From Cyanophora paradoxa CCMP329 (taxonomy: Eukaryota; Plantae; Glaucophyta): a stretch of 64,000 nucleotides of DNA. The translations under genes and the position numbers were made by a program. Positions 1-11,388 of the stretch are shown here, piece by piece. Every line of letters starts with the position of its first letter. Within the stretch, counting starts at the first letter, position 1. The notes under the pieces were generated by a model. The model was given only the letters and a program-made list of their open reading frames with translations. It was not told where the DNA came from and searched no databases. The stretch lies in the NCBI GenBank assembly GCA_004431415.1, contig QPMI01000174.1:115209-179208 (forward strand), in the 5' to 3' direction.

Positions 1-6
1 GACTCA

Positions 7-1790
7 GTGTCGTGGGTCAGCATGGAGCTCTCCCTCCGCCGGATCGGGGCCCCGGAGGGGTACATTGACCTGCATCGCAATATCTTTGAGCGCCGGCGCG
101 CGCGCGCGATCACGGGGCACGGACTCTCTGACGCCTTCGAGCTTGAATGCGGCCTTCCGCAGGGCGGCATCGAGTCACCGCTCCACTGGCTCATCTTCTA
201 CGATGCCCTCCTCTGCGCTCAGCAAGAGTTGGACAGAATCGACTGCGATCAAGGCGGGGAGGGGGTCGCGTACGTTCTGGGCGATGCGGTCGCGGACGCC
301 GGGCAGCCCCGCGCGCGCGTCACGGGGTGCGCGTACGCGGACGACACCCAGTGGTGGAGCGGCACAGCGGCCGGGATTCAGAGACTGGCCGACGTGGCCT
401 CCGAGTTCTTCCGCATGCACGACATTACGGTCAACGCTTCGAAAACCGAGTTCACGTACAACAACGTCTCACCCGAGCCAAAAGCTCCACTGCTGGGCCA
501 TCCGCGCGTGCCGGTCGGCAAGAAGCTGGCGCCGGGCGCGCACTTTAAGCTGCTCGGCGTCTACTTGACCGCGAACCTGTCGTGGACCGAGCAAATCAGA
601 CAGATGGAAGCGCAAGCCCGCGAGACCGTTGCGGTCATTGCACGCAAGCAACTGACCGCGCAAGAGGCCTGCTACATCGTCGAGGCCGTCGTGCAGGCCC
701 GGATCGCGTACGGGCTCAAGGTGGTGCCGATGTCGGAAGCCCAGTGCGACCGTCTGGACGCCATCTGGCTGCGAGTAGTTAAGCACCACGGTGGACTAGC
801 GGCGTCGACATCGAACTATGCGCTCTGGAGCCACGGCACGTATCGCCTCCCGCGCACGGCGCACCTGATGGCCAAGAACCAGATCACGGATCTGCTCGCG
901 CGGCTCTGCGGCGAGCCTGACGATCTGCTCTCCCAGGTGATGGCCCACCGCGTTCGCGCCCTCCAGCGAAAACTAGGCGTGCCGTTGCTGCCGACAGAGT
1001 TCCTGAACGCGCGCGTCACGCCCCAACTCGCGAAGGCCAACACGATCGCCGCTGTGATGCCGCTGCTACAGCGCCGTCAGTACAGGATCCAATCGAACCA
1101 CGCACGCTACGTGAGCGCCCCGTACCCCCCTGGGAGTGGGGTACACTGGCCGAAGCCGGCAGAGCTCATGCGCGAGTACGTTTTGGCGACTCATATCCCC
1201 AAAGATATCTTCAACGACGCCGCTCCTGCCCTCTATGCTGCCGGCATGTACTGGATGTCCTCTGTCACAGCACGCGACGGCGAGCGCCTCTGCACCTGGC
1301 GGGACCTGCACCTCCGCGCCCCCCGCGACACACTGCCTTGGGCCGCCCCCCCCTGGTGGAAACCCCTGGCCCAGGCCCTGACGCTAGACTCCATCGGCAA
1401 GGGCGCCCTGCGGTACCCGATGCGGCAGCCCCCCGGCACCCCCCCCTCGGCCATGGCGCAGCTGCCAGGCGGAGCTAAGAAATACATTCACCGCCCGGAC
1501 GACTTCATCTGCTACTTCGACCTAGCGACCATTCACGATGCCACGATACCGCCCCACGTAGGACGCCTCCGTACGGCGGAGTCCGAGCCGGGCCGCCTCG
1601 TTGCGACGGAATGCCGGCTCGAACACTGGATCCCTGTCCCGGAAGAAGCGGACCCGGTCGCCGACGGCGCCTACTGCCGCTGCGATGGGCACTGTCAGCA
1701 CGAAATCCGGGAGCCGCCCCTTGCGCAGCGCCGCTACAATATCATACCCGGGGAGGGCCGACGGCACTGGCACGACGATCACACCTGCCC
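7..1790 (+). CDS. Reverse transcriptase (non-LTR type), 5'-partial
   Basis: GLPQGGIESP, AYADD, ITVNASKT and FKLLGVYL motifs; protein-like sequence moves to another frame near 1790. Confidence 0.9.
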
Positions 1791-4052
1791 GCGGGCCGCC
1801 GGCGCGGCCTGCCGCGCGACGAGCACCTGCGACGATGCAGGGGAGCACGGCACTTCTATCGGGGCTGGGTCGAACACGCCGCCGCGCTGGGAACCGTACC
1901 TGGCTCCATGTCAACCGCTGCGCTCAGCAACGTGCCCGTGGACGAATGCGAGGGCCAGGTCGCTACCCGTTCAGGTCGCGCCAGCCGCAAGGTCCTGCGC
2001 CAAGGCTTACTCGAATACTTTCACCCCGGGCGAACCGCGGCAGAGGCGATGGACGCGCACCGGTGGCGGATGCTGCTGCAAGCCAGGCAGGAAGGGGACG
2101 AGCGCGTTCAATGGCACCTCCTCTCACCCGAGGATGCCGCCCGCCTCGCCGAGCTGGAAGCGGACCCGCCGGATCCGTTGCACCTGCCGCAAGACGAGGC
2201 GGCCCCGATTACCGATAGGCAGGCACGGAAATACTACTGCGCACTGAGGGACGAGGACTCCTGGGCGACCTTTCTGCAGGCATGGGATGGGCTGGAGGGG
2301 GACCTCCGCCGCGAGCTGTGGGCAGCTGAAGCCGCCTCCGACGGGACCTACGAGGCGGCCGCGCCAGCCCAAGCCTGGACGGACGGGAGCCTGCTGGACG
2401 GTCAGACGAGCCTAGCGCGCGGGGCCTATGCGGTCCACTGGCCCGCGCGTCACCTACGCACGGGCGCGAACCTCCACCCGCCGGAAGTCTTTCCCAGCTT
2501 TCGCGCCCGCCTGAGTGGGACGCAGGAGATCAACAAAGCGGAATTACAGGCAGTGCTTATGGCGGACATGCTATCCCCGTTCGGAGCCGTCGTCCACATC
2601 GACAACCAGAACGCGATCCGCTGGTGTAAGGAATTCGTTCTCGACGCTGCCCAGCGTAGCTCGCGGGAGTACACCCGGCACGTCTGCTCTGCCGAACTGT
2701 ATGCGTGGCGTAAGCTCAGGACCCAACTAGATATGCGGGGGCGGCCGCTCACGCTGGTGAAAGTGAAGGCGCACGCGCAAGGCGAAGCGCGCGACCTGCA
2801 CAATGACGTTGCCGACGCTCTTGCGAATCGCACAGCCGACGAACAACTCCCTGCAGAGAGTCTTCACGAGCCCGTTTTCCTGCCACCGGAGTTCAGCATG
2901 CCAGCCGTCCTCACAGTCGGTAACGGGGACGGCACCGTGCGACGGGTGGAAGGCGACCCGAAGGAACACATGGACACCTTACATGAGCATCACACACACT
3001 TCGCTTGGGCTCAACAACCACTGGCTGGTGCGTTTCTACGCCGCGGAGACGCCGGGGCAGACATCGGCGGGCTGTACGCGGAGACAGCCGTAGGACCCCG
3101 GTTCCGCGGCGCGAGCGGAGCTCGCAACGCGCTTTTCAAGTTCAGGACCCAATTGATCTGCAGCTCGCTTCCAGCGAACGAAGTCCGGGTACGGGATAGG
3201 CCTGACCTCTACGCAGCCTATAACCCGGGCGGCCGCTGCGCGGCCTGCGCCACGAGGACACCGAGTACCCGGCGAGACCGTGCAAGCCCAGCTGAAGCGA
3301 ACGAGCAGCCAGTGCAGGCCGGCCCCAGCAGACGGCGCGAGGTACCGATAGCTCTCACGGCGGGCCCGGCGGAGACATTCACACACGTCTTCCTCTGCCC
3401 GGGGCCCCATGCAGTGGCGCACCGCGCGGAGACCGCCCGTGAACTGAATCGCTTCCTGCGGCGCGCCCACCGCGAGACTCACGGACCCCAACTCAAGAAC
3501 ATTGATCCCACGATAGCGCTCACCTCCGGCCTTGTGCCCACCTATCTGCGCGTAGCCGACGATGACGCCGAAGCGCGCAGCTCCGACGACCGCCCAACCA
3601 CGTACTCGCGGCTCTGGGTCCTCCAAGGTGTTGCCCCGCAGTCGCTCGAGCGGGACTTGATCCGCGCCCTCGACCTCGACCCGCACCGCGCGCCCCGCAC
3701 GGCCAAGCGCGTACGCCAGATGCTGATCGAACGCGCGCGTCGGCTCTGGGCCAGCCGGTGCGAGATCAACGCAGCATGGGAACGAGACTGTCGCATCTCT
3801 CAAACCTCTAAGCGTCGCCCGCGCCCGCCCCGCACAGGAGCTAGAGCTAAAGAACGCGCCCGCGGACCCCGGGTCCCGATAGAGCTCTGTCCTGCCTGCG
3901 ACGGGCCCATACACCTTCATAACGACCTTCGCGCAGCTCAGAACGCGGACTGCCCGCCGGAATACCGAGGATGGAAGGCAGCGCTTCAAGCCCAAGAGCT
4001 CTACGACAGCACCAAGGTCCGCCCCTGGAGCCTGCCCCCCCCGGACGATTAA
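1790..4052 (+). CDS. Continuation of retrotransposon polyprotein: RNase H plus zinc-finger region
   Basis: WTDGS, NKAELQAV, HIDNQ, KVKAH and NDVADALA RNase H motifs; CAAC...ETFTHVFLC finger. Confidence 0.88.
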
Positions 4053-5172
4053 CCTACCCTCGTAGGGGGGGGGGGGGGGGGGGGGGGGGCTACAACTGGA
4101 GGAGACGTGGAGACACGGAGACTCCACCACTACGCCCACTGACGACCTCACTCTCAACCTATCACCTACGGCCGCCCGCCGGGCCCTCGCGCCCGCCGCC
4201 GACCTGCCGCCGCCTGCGCGACTTGCGCCTCCACACCTCCCTCGCTACCGCCGACACGCTCGCCTCCCGCCGCCACCGCTGCTCTTGCCCCCTCTGCCCT
4301 CTCTCGCCCGTTGCCCCAGTCGCCCTCTCCCACGGCCCCACCTTTCACCCCTTCTGCCCCCGCCGTTCTGCTGATCTCCCGCTACCCCAGGGAGGGGACG
4401 GTGGTGCGGGCTGCCAGGTGGAAGGTCGTCGGTCGGCCGCTGAACCCACCGGCGCCTGCCCCGGCCACGCGCCAGGCCGGGGCGGTCGGACCGCCGCGGG
4501 GGGGGCTCGTCATTGCCCGCGGCGGGGGGGAGGCGGTCGGCAGGCGGCTGGAAGCCCGGCGGAACGCGCCACTGGAACCTCCCTCCTCCCGACCGCGGCC
4601 GCCCGACCCGGTCCTCCCCCGTCCTTTCCCGCCGCCCAATGCTGCCCCATGCCGTGCCCCCCTCCTCGCCCCCATCCCCCCTTCCCCCGACCAATCTTTC
4701 CCGATGCTCTGAGCCCGGCGGCTCCACCAGGCCTGCTCTCGCACGAGCGAGCCCCCGACCCGACCCGCCGTGCCGACGACACGGCGGGCCGTACTCTAGC
4801 GTGTACAGAGTGGTTAGATTATAGTGCGCCTTCTCGGAGGCCCTAGCCTACTAGGCATAGAGCTAGCTACAGCTGCAGCTCACTTCGCTGCCCGCCTCTG
4901 ATTTCTACTCTCGTCCCCGGGTAGCCACTCCCTCTCCCGCGTAGGATCTTTCCTGTGCTGCAGCTCTACTACTAGGCTAGACTTAGTTCCCGGGGTAGCG
5001 TCTTCAGTTACTTTCATATCCGAGCTCCACCCGGTCCGATGTCCGAAAGGCTTAGTCCCGTAGGCTCATCTCTCGACTTGACACAGATGGACACCTCAGC
5101 TATATCCCTAGCCATTTGTCTCGGTGTGTGCGAATTCATTTGCCAAGAGCTTTAATAATAATGAAGATAATT

Positions 5173-5955
5173 TTAAAGTCCTCTCTTATATCGCATCAAC
5201 TTATTAGTATGAACAGCGCTTTTAATCTCTTTCGGCGCTTCTTCTTTCTGTGGCGGTTGTAATTCATCTTCTTTCTTTTTGGGCTTCCGATGAAACCGTG
5301 GGAAATCAAAGTCACCGACCAATTCCGCTTTATCAACATAATACCCTACGTTATATTTGAATGATGTGTAAACGATGAATTGGTAAGAATGCACGTACTC
5401 TTCGAACATCTTATAGAAATCTTCTTTACGGGGAAACGTAGAAAACTCTTCGGCGAACGCTTCTAACTCTTTCTGATTACTTGCACAAACCATAATAACG
5501 ATATCACTATTACAGCGAATCACACTTGCAACCTTGCGGAGTTTTTGCGAAATTGTAATGACGGAACACGAAATATGACGGGACCTCGTGTACAGCATAC
5601 CACATATTTTATCACGTGTTAAGTCTAATTGGTCGTTTTCTATCATATCCTCTAAAATCACCAGCATATGGTTTAGTTTCTCTCCTCTTTCCCTCTTCTC
5701 TTCACGATCTTTAATAACCTTTTGTATGTATTGTGGATCCCAGGCACCCAATTGAACAGTAGCCGCTTTATCCCAGTAATGCGTGAAACTTGTAGCGGAG
5801 ATAATAAGCGTTGTATCAATCTTTTTTGCATCATGAAGCTGTTTCATATAATATTTTACCGCCTCAGTTTTCCCGCACGCCGACTTCCCAAGTATCAATA
5901 ATCGGAACGGTGGCTCAATCATTTCAGCAGCGTTAAACTCTTCTAATTCCACCAT
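5173..5955 (-). CDS. A32-like (FtsK-HerA) viral DNA packaging ATPase
   Basis: Walker A GKSACGKT, Walker B MLVILEDM, and the A32 signature YTRSRHISCSVITISQ...IRCNSD. Confidence 0.92.
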   Translation of the reverse strand: MVELEEFNAAEMIEPPFRLLILGKSACGKTEAVKYYMKQLHDAKKIDTTLIISATSFTHYWDKAATVQLGAWDPQYIQKVIKDREEKRERGEKLNHMLVILEDMIENDQLDLTRDKICGMLYTRSRHISCSVITISQKLRKVASVIRCNSDIVIMVCASNQKELEAFAEEFSTFPRKEDFYKMFEEYVHSYQFIVYTSFKYNVGYYVDKAELVGDFDFPRFHRKPKKKEDELQPPQKEEAPKEIKSAVHTNKLMRYKRGL

Positions 5956-6015
5956 GGTGTTGTAGATCTTCTTAATAAAGATAGATAAAAATAACGAATT
6001 CTTACTAATAATGGT

Positions 6016-7416
6016 TTACATATTAATTCTACGGATTCCATCGCGGTCACAAATTATGAAACTATGCATCAGAGCGCGAACGTTAACAGTAATTGTGCGA
6101 TCGGCAGGGAGATACAGAGTTAGGAACGATGACGACGAGTTCGTAAGGTCAACATATCCACTCTGTGCGATATTGCGAATCGCCTTCTCACCGTCAGCGC
6201 AGAAAGGCAGCCCTGTAAGAACGTAACGGTTTGCTTCTTTGTCCATGTTCGAGCATTTGAAAGCATCAGCGATGAGTTCCGCACCTTTGAGAAGTGGGAT
6301 TGGCTCCGTCGAATATAGACGCTGTCCGTTGATCTCACAAGTCATCGTGATATCCTTCTCATTCGCAAGCGTTTTAAGGACGCTGTGAGAACCGTTAGAA
6401 GAATCGATACCCGCATCATCACGGACAGAGACAAGAAGAGCATAAACCAGACCGGAGATTTGGCTAAGGTTAATTCGGTTGGGTTGAGTGTTACCTTTCG
6501 CAGCGAAACCGGTGACATCGACGAAACCAATGTCGAGTGATGGAATCGCCATACCGGTTGTCTTGACCTTCTCAATAACCGTAGCGAACAGTTCATCGGA
6601 AACATTGATAGCGTGCATGTAAAGGCGAGGAGACTTAATGGAGATGAAATGGGTTTGTGGTGGAACTGTGCCGGCAACTTCGAACCCAGTAATAGTACCA
6701 GTGGTGATGTTTTGACCAACATTAGCAAGAGTTACACTTACAGCGTTTCCGAGACCGTCATTTACGGTTTGATCCGCAGCAGTCACACCAACAACCGGTA
6801 GAGAGCGACCACCGTAAGAAGTTTCAAGGTATCCCTTGTTGGCTTCTTTGAACCAAACAGTAACAACCATCTCACCCGAGAGCGCACCAAGTGGTAGGTA
6901 ACTGTTTAACCATGGTACCGGGATCTCAACGAAGAAAGCGCCACCTTTACGGTTGGTTCCGTGAGCGGGAATTCCATGGAGCATCCCCATAGAACGCTTC
7001 TTTTTCGCCAGCTGATCTTCTGAATAGTAGACCAGCGGGAAAATCGCCAGGAAATCTGACGGGACGTGGAATGTGTAAGAACCGTATGAGATTTCAAGGC
7101 GTTGCACAAGCGAACCAACAGGGCGAGTGTAACCGTTTCGCACAAGGTCGGCATCACCGTCAAAAGCGGTTAGTTCGGGAAGATCAAAAGCGAGTTCGAT
7201 TTTACCGATGAAATTGTAGCGGGGAAGTTTGAAACTTACGCGCTGTCCTACGTTGTTGTCATAGGTTGTTGATGGACTAACAGTTACGAGAACGGGTTTC
7301 GTCTTCGCTTCCAGACCGAGCATAAGCGAGTTATCGAGGAAAAACGCCTTTGCCTCTTCGGGCGTGGTTAGCGCCTCTTTGAGGGAAAGACGTTGAAGAG
7401 TTGTGGTGACATCCAT
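6016..7416 (-). CDS. Double jelly-roll major capsid protein (NCLDV-like)
   Basis: 466 aa from ATG 7416 (MDVTTT); VSFKLPR..IGKIELAFDLPEL, LVQRLEISYG and FFVEIPVPWL..YLPLGAL resemble the NCLDV capsid N-terminal jelly roll; next to ATPase and pentons. Confidence 0.8.
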   Translation of the reverse strand: MDVTTTLQRLSLKEALTTPEEAKAFFLDNSLMLGLEAKTKPVLVTVSPSTTYDNNVGQRVSFKLPRYNFIGKIELAFDLPELTAFDGDADLVRNGYTRPVGSLVQRLEISYGSYTFHVPSDFLAIFPLVYYSEDQLAKKKRSMGMLHGIPAHGTNRKGGAFFVEIPVPWLNSYLPLGALSGEMVVTVWFKEANKGYLETSYGGRSLPVVGVTAADQTVNDGLGNAVSVTLANVGQNITTGTITGFEVAGTVPPQTHFISIKSPRLYMHAINVSDELFATVIEKVKTTGMAIPSLDIGFVDVTGFAAKGNTQPNRINLSQISGLVYALLVSVRDDAGIDSSNGSHSVLKTLANEKDITMTCEINGQRLYSTEPIPLLKGAELIADAFKCSNMDKEANRYVLTGLPFCADGEKAIRNIAQSGYVDLTNSSSSFLTLYLPADRTITVNVRALMHSFIICDRDGIRRINM

Positions 7417-7468
7417 GATTTCTCTTTTACAATAGAGAAATATAAAAATTCTGTGAATGATCCTTAAT

Positions 7469-8479
7469 TTACGCGAATCCGGCAATATTTGGATAGAAGG
7501 GGTGGGTTTCTCTCATTCTCATTTTGAAATATTCATAAACGGGATCACCGGCGGGTTCATCGCCATAGCGGATCTCGAATGTTAGATGCACAGGTTGCCC
7601 TTCGAAATCTATTAATTGATTCTGAACGTTTACAATGTCTACCGACAGTTGTGATAGTGACATTTTATTATTGAAGTATTTATACAGCGGGTTTGCTTCT
7701 GTTGAATTATAAATTATGTGTTCAGCAAAATTTTTATCTTGAACGGACAACTTATGAAAATATCCAGTGAGAAGACCATCGGCGCATTGGACGAGGTCAC
7801 CGAGTTCTTTTACTCTCACAAATATTACATTATCTTTGCACCCTTCAGTTGGGAAAGTTGAAATGATCCCATGTACATTTGCACCAGTAAATACGGGATC
7901 TGTTTGAGCATTGTAAATACTCGATTTGATAAATCGATTTCCTCTACGTCCGGCATCGAGACCTAAAACGCGAGCGCGACGGTTACCAGCTTCGGCACCG
8001 GAAACCTTTGGGTCTCTATCTATCACGAATGCAATATAGAATTCATGCGGAGCGTAGAATACAAACCGCTTATTTACAGGGTCCCATTTACAAATAATTC
8101 CGGGATTTGGTACCTGTCTCGTAAAAAGGTAGGTTATCCGATCCGCCAGTTCTTGGTGAGTATTGATGACATTCAAACCAAGACCTACTCCAGGTCGAAT
8201 ACTTAACCACTCGTCAAACCCAGGAGCGGGTGCCTTTGTAGAATTAACATTTGCGTTTGCTATACTGTAATTGATTGTGAAGGCATCTTCTACCGTTGCA
8301 TCGCCAGCGACCGATTCACCGCTTATGATTGGAATGGAATTATAAAACTCAGCCGAAACGAGGCGAACCGCTCTTACACTCTCAAACGTTTTTGGGAGAT
8401 CGGCAATGAATCGCGAAGTTGGAGCGTCAAGGTTATCAACCTGTTTAAAAGATGACACTTCAACATATTCCACGGGCAT
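7469..8479 (-). CDS. Minor capsid protein (penton, single jelly roll) 1
   Basis: N-terminal FIADLPKTFESVRAVRLVSAEFYNS and C-terminal LSQLSVDIVNVQNQLIDFEGQPVHLTFEI, typical of PLV/virophage pentons; start at MPVEYV. Confidence 0.8.
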   Translation of the reverse strand: MPVEYVEVSSFKQVDNLDAPTSRFIADLPKTFESVRAVRLVSAEFYNSIPIISGESVAGDATVEDAFTINYSIANANVNSTKAPAPGFDEWLSIRPGVGLGLNVINTHQELADRITYLFTRQVPNPGIICKWDPVNKRFVFYAPHEFYIAFVIDRDPKVSGAEAGNRRARVLGLDAGRRGNRFIKSSIYNAQTDPVFTGANVHGIISTFPTEGCKDNVIFVRVKELGDLVQCADGLLTGYFHKLSVQDKNFAEHIIYNSTEANPLYKYFNNKMSLSQLSVDIVNVQNQLIDFEGQPVHLTFEIRYGDEPAGDPVYEYFKMRMRETHPFYPNIAGFA

Positions 8480-8507
8480 TTTCTTTAATCTATATTCATA
8501 TAATAAA

Positions 8508-9419
8508 ATGATTCGGCTTGTCAATGTCGATAGTAGAGATCGACAGTTTGGACAAAAAGAAAACTCTTACAAGGTTGCACTTACCACACCAATAACAAGA
8601 CCGCGAGAATGTCGCGTTATATATGCAGAGATTCCCAACAGCATTTATAATTCGATTGGAACCGATTATATTGTCATAAGTTATAATGTCAATGGCGTTT
8701 ATTTAAATCAGCAACTTTTCCCATTACCGAGTGGTTATATCAATCAAGGGCATTTCGGAGTAACTCAACCATACAATTACGGTTTGAGTTTTGCCGTTAC
8801 TGATGGTGTAATGTTTAAGATATATTACAACCCTACAACATACAAATTGGAATTTTATTGTAATTACTCTTTTGAACTCATCGCAGCAAACAATAGAATC
8901 GCAAAATTACTTGGTCTAAGTACGACCCAACTATTAGTTAGCGGGCAACAAATATTGGAAGGTAACAGGTCTTTATATGCTCCGGAAAACATCTTATTTT
9001 ATGCAGGAACGCCAATAACACCCGATCATCCACAATGGGGAATTACATTTGAAGGAGCAGAATTAGTAGCAGCACCGATGGCGTTTAAAGCGGTTAGTCC
9101 AAAGATGGCGGATATGAACGCTGAACAGTATTTATACATGCATATCAAAGAACTCGCACCATTTGCTTCCAATCATAATATTGTCCCACAATCACAACCG
9201 CAGAATCAAGGCGCGATTTTGCGATTACAATTAAGTCAGGATATCGGGAAATACATCTATCACACAGGAGAAGTGAGCGAGTATGTAAAAATAAACGATC
9301 ATAATTTAGTGCTTAAAGAGTTAACGGTTGAGTTTCGTGATTATTACGGTGATCTTGTTGATATGAATGGTATAGATAATTCGTTTCAGTTGGAGATTGT
9401 CGCTATTGGAAACGATTAG
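8508..9419 (+). CDS. Minor capsid protein (penton) 2
   Basis: MIRLVNVDSRDR...YKVAL...YAEIPNSIYN and C-terminal LKELTVEFRDYYGDLVDMNGIDNSFQLEI penton signature. Confidence 0.85.
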   Translation: MIRLVNVDSRDRQFGQKENSYKVALTTPITRPRECRVIYAEIPNSIYNSIGTDYIVISYNVNGVYLNQQLFPLPSGYINQGHFGVTQPYNYGLSFAVTDGVMFKIYYNPTTYKLEFYCNYSFELIAANNRIAKLLGLSTTQLLVSGQQILEGNRSLYAPENILFYAGTPITPDHPQWGITFEGAELVAAPMAFKAVSPKMADMNAEQYLYMHIKELAPFASNHNIVPQSQPQNQGAILRLQLSQDIGKYIYHTGEVSEYVKINDHNLVLKELTVEFRDYYGDLVDMNGIDNSFQLEIVAIGND

Positions 9420-10051
9420 AAGCATTCAGGACAGAAGATAAGAGCTACTGGATTTTGATTATTAAAGTTCTTATCAGTGAGATACCAACGGCGTCCTTTA
9501 TACCATTCAGCGCCGTTTGCTTTCAAGAATTTCCGGAGAGTTGCACGCGTGGTTATCTTCAATCCATGCTCTTCAAACTTCGGGTAGTATTGCGAGAGGT
9601 CTTTTTCGACAGAAAAGAAGTATTGTCTCTCAGGAACACCATAGATATCATATTCTGTTTGCACAGCGTAAATGACATTATTAATGGTTAAGTTAGAGAA
9701 AAGAACAAGAGATCTAAAATCAATAACTTTGATAAACTTAATATCTTGTTCATAGACTTCACGTTCGACAACAACATAACCATAATATGGGTCGTATTCT
9801 TCTGAAATATGATAGAAATGGTCATATTTGCATCGAACCACCATTACTTCTGGTTTATCCTCAAAGTAGCCAACTGCTTTGAATTTGAGTCGATCGTAAT
9901 TGTAATCGTATTCTGTATTCATTCTGCTAAGGACACGATCATAGTAACGTCCGATCTCATTGAAATTATCGTGGATCTTTCCAATATCGAACTTAATGGA
10001 ATGAATAGGAACACAGAAGATCTGCTTGCCGTTGATCGTGAAATCACCCAT
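9416..10051 (-). CDS. Viral hypothetical protein (211 aa)
   Basis: Long ORF in AT-rich DNA, overlaps the penton-2 stop, AT-rich leader like the other viral genes. Confidence 0.65.
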   Translation of the reverse strand: MGDFTINGKQIFCVPIHSIKFDIGKIHDNFNEIGRYYDRVLSRMNTEYDYNYDRLKFKAVGYFEDKPEVMVVRCKYDHFYHISEEYDPYYGYVVVEREVYEQDIKFIKVIDFRSLVLFSNLTINNVIYAVQTEYDIYGVPERQYFFSVEKDLSQYYPKFEEHGLKITTRATLRKFLKANGAEWYKGRRWYLTDKNFNNQNPVALIFCPECF

Positions 10052-10290
10052 GTTACTTAATAACGTCTGAGAAAATATTTTCCTTGTTACCCATACCTAT
10101 CGCGTTCTCCTTAAATCATTTTCGGTTGCTCACGGGGCTTTTTTGAATTTCGCACGATTAACGGTAAGACAACGGAAGCGGAGCGTAAGACATCAGTAAT
10201 AAAGGAGATGATAGAAGAGAGGGTAACGTGTATGTTTAGCGGTTTGGAGAGAGCGGAGAGGCATAGAGTAGCGCGATTTCCGAGTTAATC

Positions 10291-11010
10291 TTACTGAGAA
10301 TGGTTTGGTAGGCACTTTACATTTCTCAGAAAATGAAAGTGAATATTTGGAATCAAACGTATCTCTATGATTCATAGTAATCTTACTGAATATCGTTTGG
10401 TAGGCACTTTATTTTTCTCAGATTATGAAAGTGAGTATATGATATATATGATGTATCCATCGTATATTTATGTTTTCATAAAAATGTCTTACTGAAAATG
10501 GTTTAGTAGGCACTTCATAATATAGATTAGGCACTTTTATGGTGTAGTTAGGCAGATTAGGCAGGTTAGGCACCTTTTTTAAAAACTCCCCATAGAATTT
10601 TTTTTTACGTCATTCAAAACTTAAAAATGTATTTTCAAAAAAGTTTTCCAAAATAGGCATCCAAAGTGCCTAACCGCCTAAGCCGCCTACCGCGATAAAA
10701 AAAAAGTGCCTAACTCGGAAAATCCGCTCCATTTCAGTAATAACAAATTGTACATGATGAAATCGCGATTGCTTGAATCGATCACGTAAAAAACGAAGTG
10801 CCTACCAAACCATTTTCAGTAATAACAAATTGTACATGAAGAAATAGTGATTGCTTCAATCGATCACGTAAAAAAAACGAAGTGCCTACCAAACCATTTT
10901 CAGTAATAACAAATTCTACATGATGAAATCGCGATATCTTAAATCGATCTCGTAAAAAAACGAAGTGCCTACCAAACCATTTTCAGTAATAACAAATTGT
11001 ACATGAAAAA
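10291..11010. repeat. Subterminal repeats: ~83-84 bp tandem units (10704-11010) plus three inverted copies of their 27-bp core (10291, 10383, 10489)
   Basis: AAGTGCCTACCAAACCATTTTCAGTAA at 10796, 10880 and 10963; near-exact reverse complements at 10291-10317, 10383-10409 and 10489-10515. Confidence 0.9.
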
Positions 11011-11388
11011 ATTTACGTTGTGTTTCGTAGAATGGGTGGTGGTTTTCTTCAATTCCGATCGATTCAGCATATTATAATTTGTTTTCGATACATAATATAT
11101 CGATTACATGGGTGGTGGACTACTTCAATCGAGATTATATCGCAATTCAATCGAGATTATATCGTTAAATTATGTACCTTCAATCGAGAATATATCGATT
11201 TTCATAAAATACATATTAATCGCGTTTATATCATTAATTTAATCGATAAAATATCAATTATTTAATCGAGATTATTTAAATTAATACAAAAATACATATT
11301 TTTCGATTATTTATACATATTTATTAACATGAAAATACATATTTATTTAATTTAAAATTCATATTTTTCGATTATCTTTATATAAATT

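Larger units (their letters stand above)
1..5162 (+). mobile_element. Non-LTR (LINE-like) retrotransposon, 5' part outside window; RT + RNase H + C-terminal Cys/His finger, ~1.1 kb 3' UTR ending in a short (TAA)n tail
   Basis: Intronless GC-rich ORFs with RT and RNase H motifs; no integrase or tyrosine recombinase seen; GC-rich sequence ends at TAATAATAA (~5153-5161), where AT-rich viral DNA begins. The 3' boundary is inferred. Confidence 0.8.

Noticed and set aside
1-4052. DIRS/Ngaro or LTR retrotransposon
   Set aside because: RT motifs and the C-terminal finger are non-LTR type; no tyrosine recombinase, integrase or LTR in view
3971-4846. Additional ORFs after the RNase H ORF
   Set aside because: Low-complexity Pro/Arg/Gly translation of GC-rich UTR with a poly-G run
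10704-11010. CRISPR-like array
   Set aside because: The sequences between cores are near-identical rather than unique spacers; no cas genes; eukaryotic viral context
11020-11265. 81-aa viral ORF
   Set aside because: TTG start in low-complexity AT-rich terminal sequence
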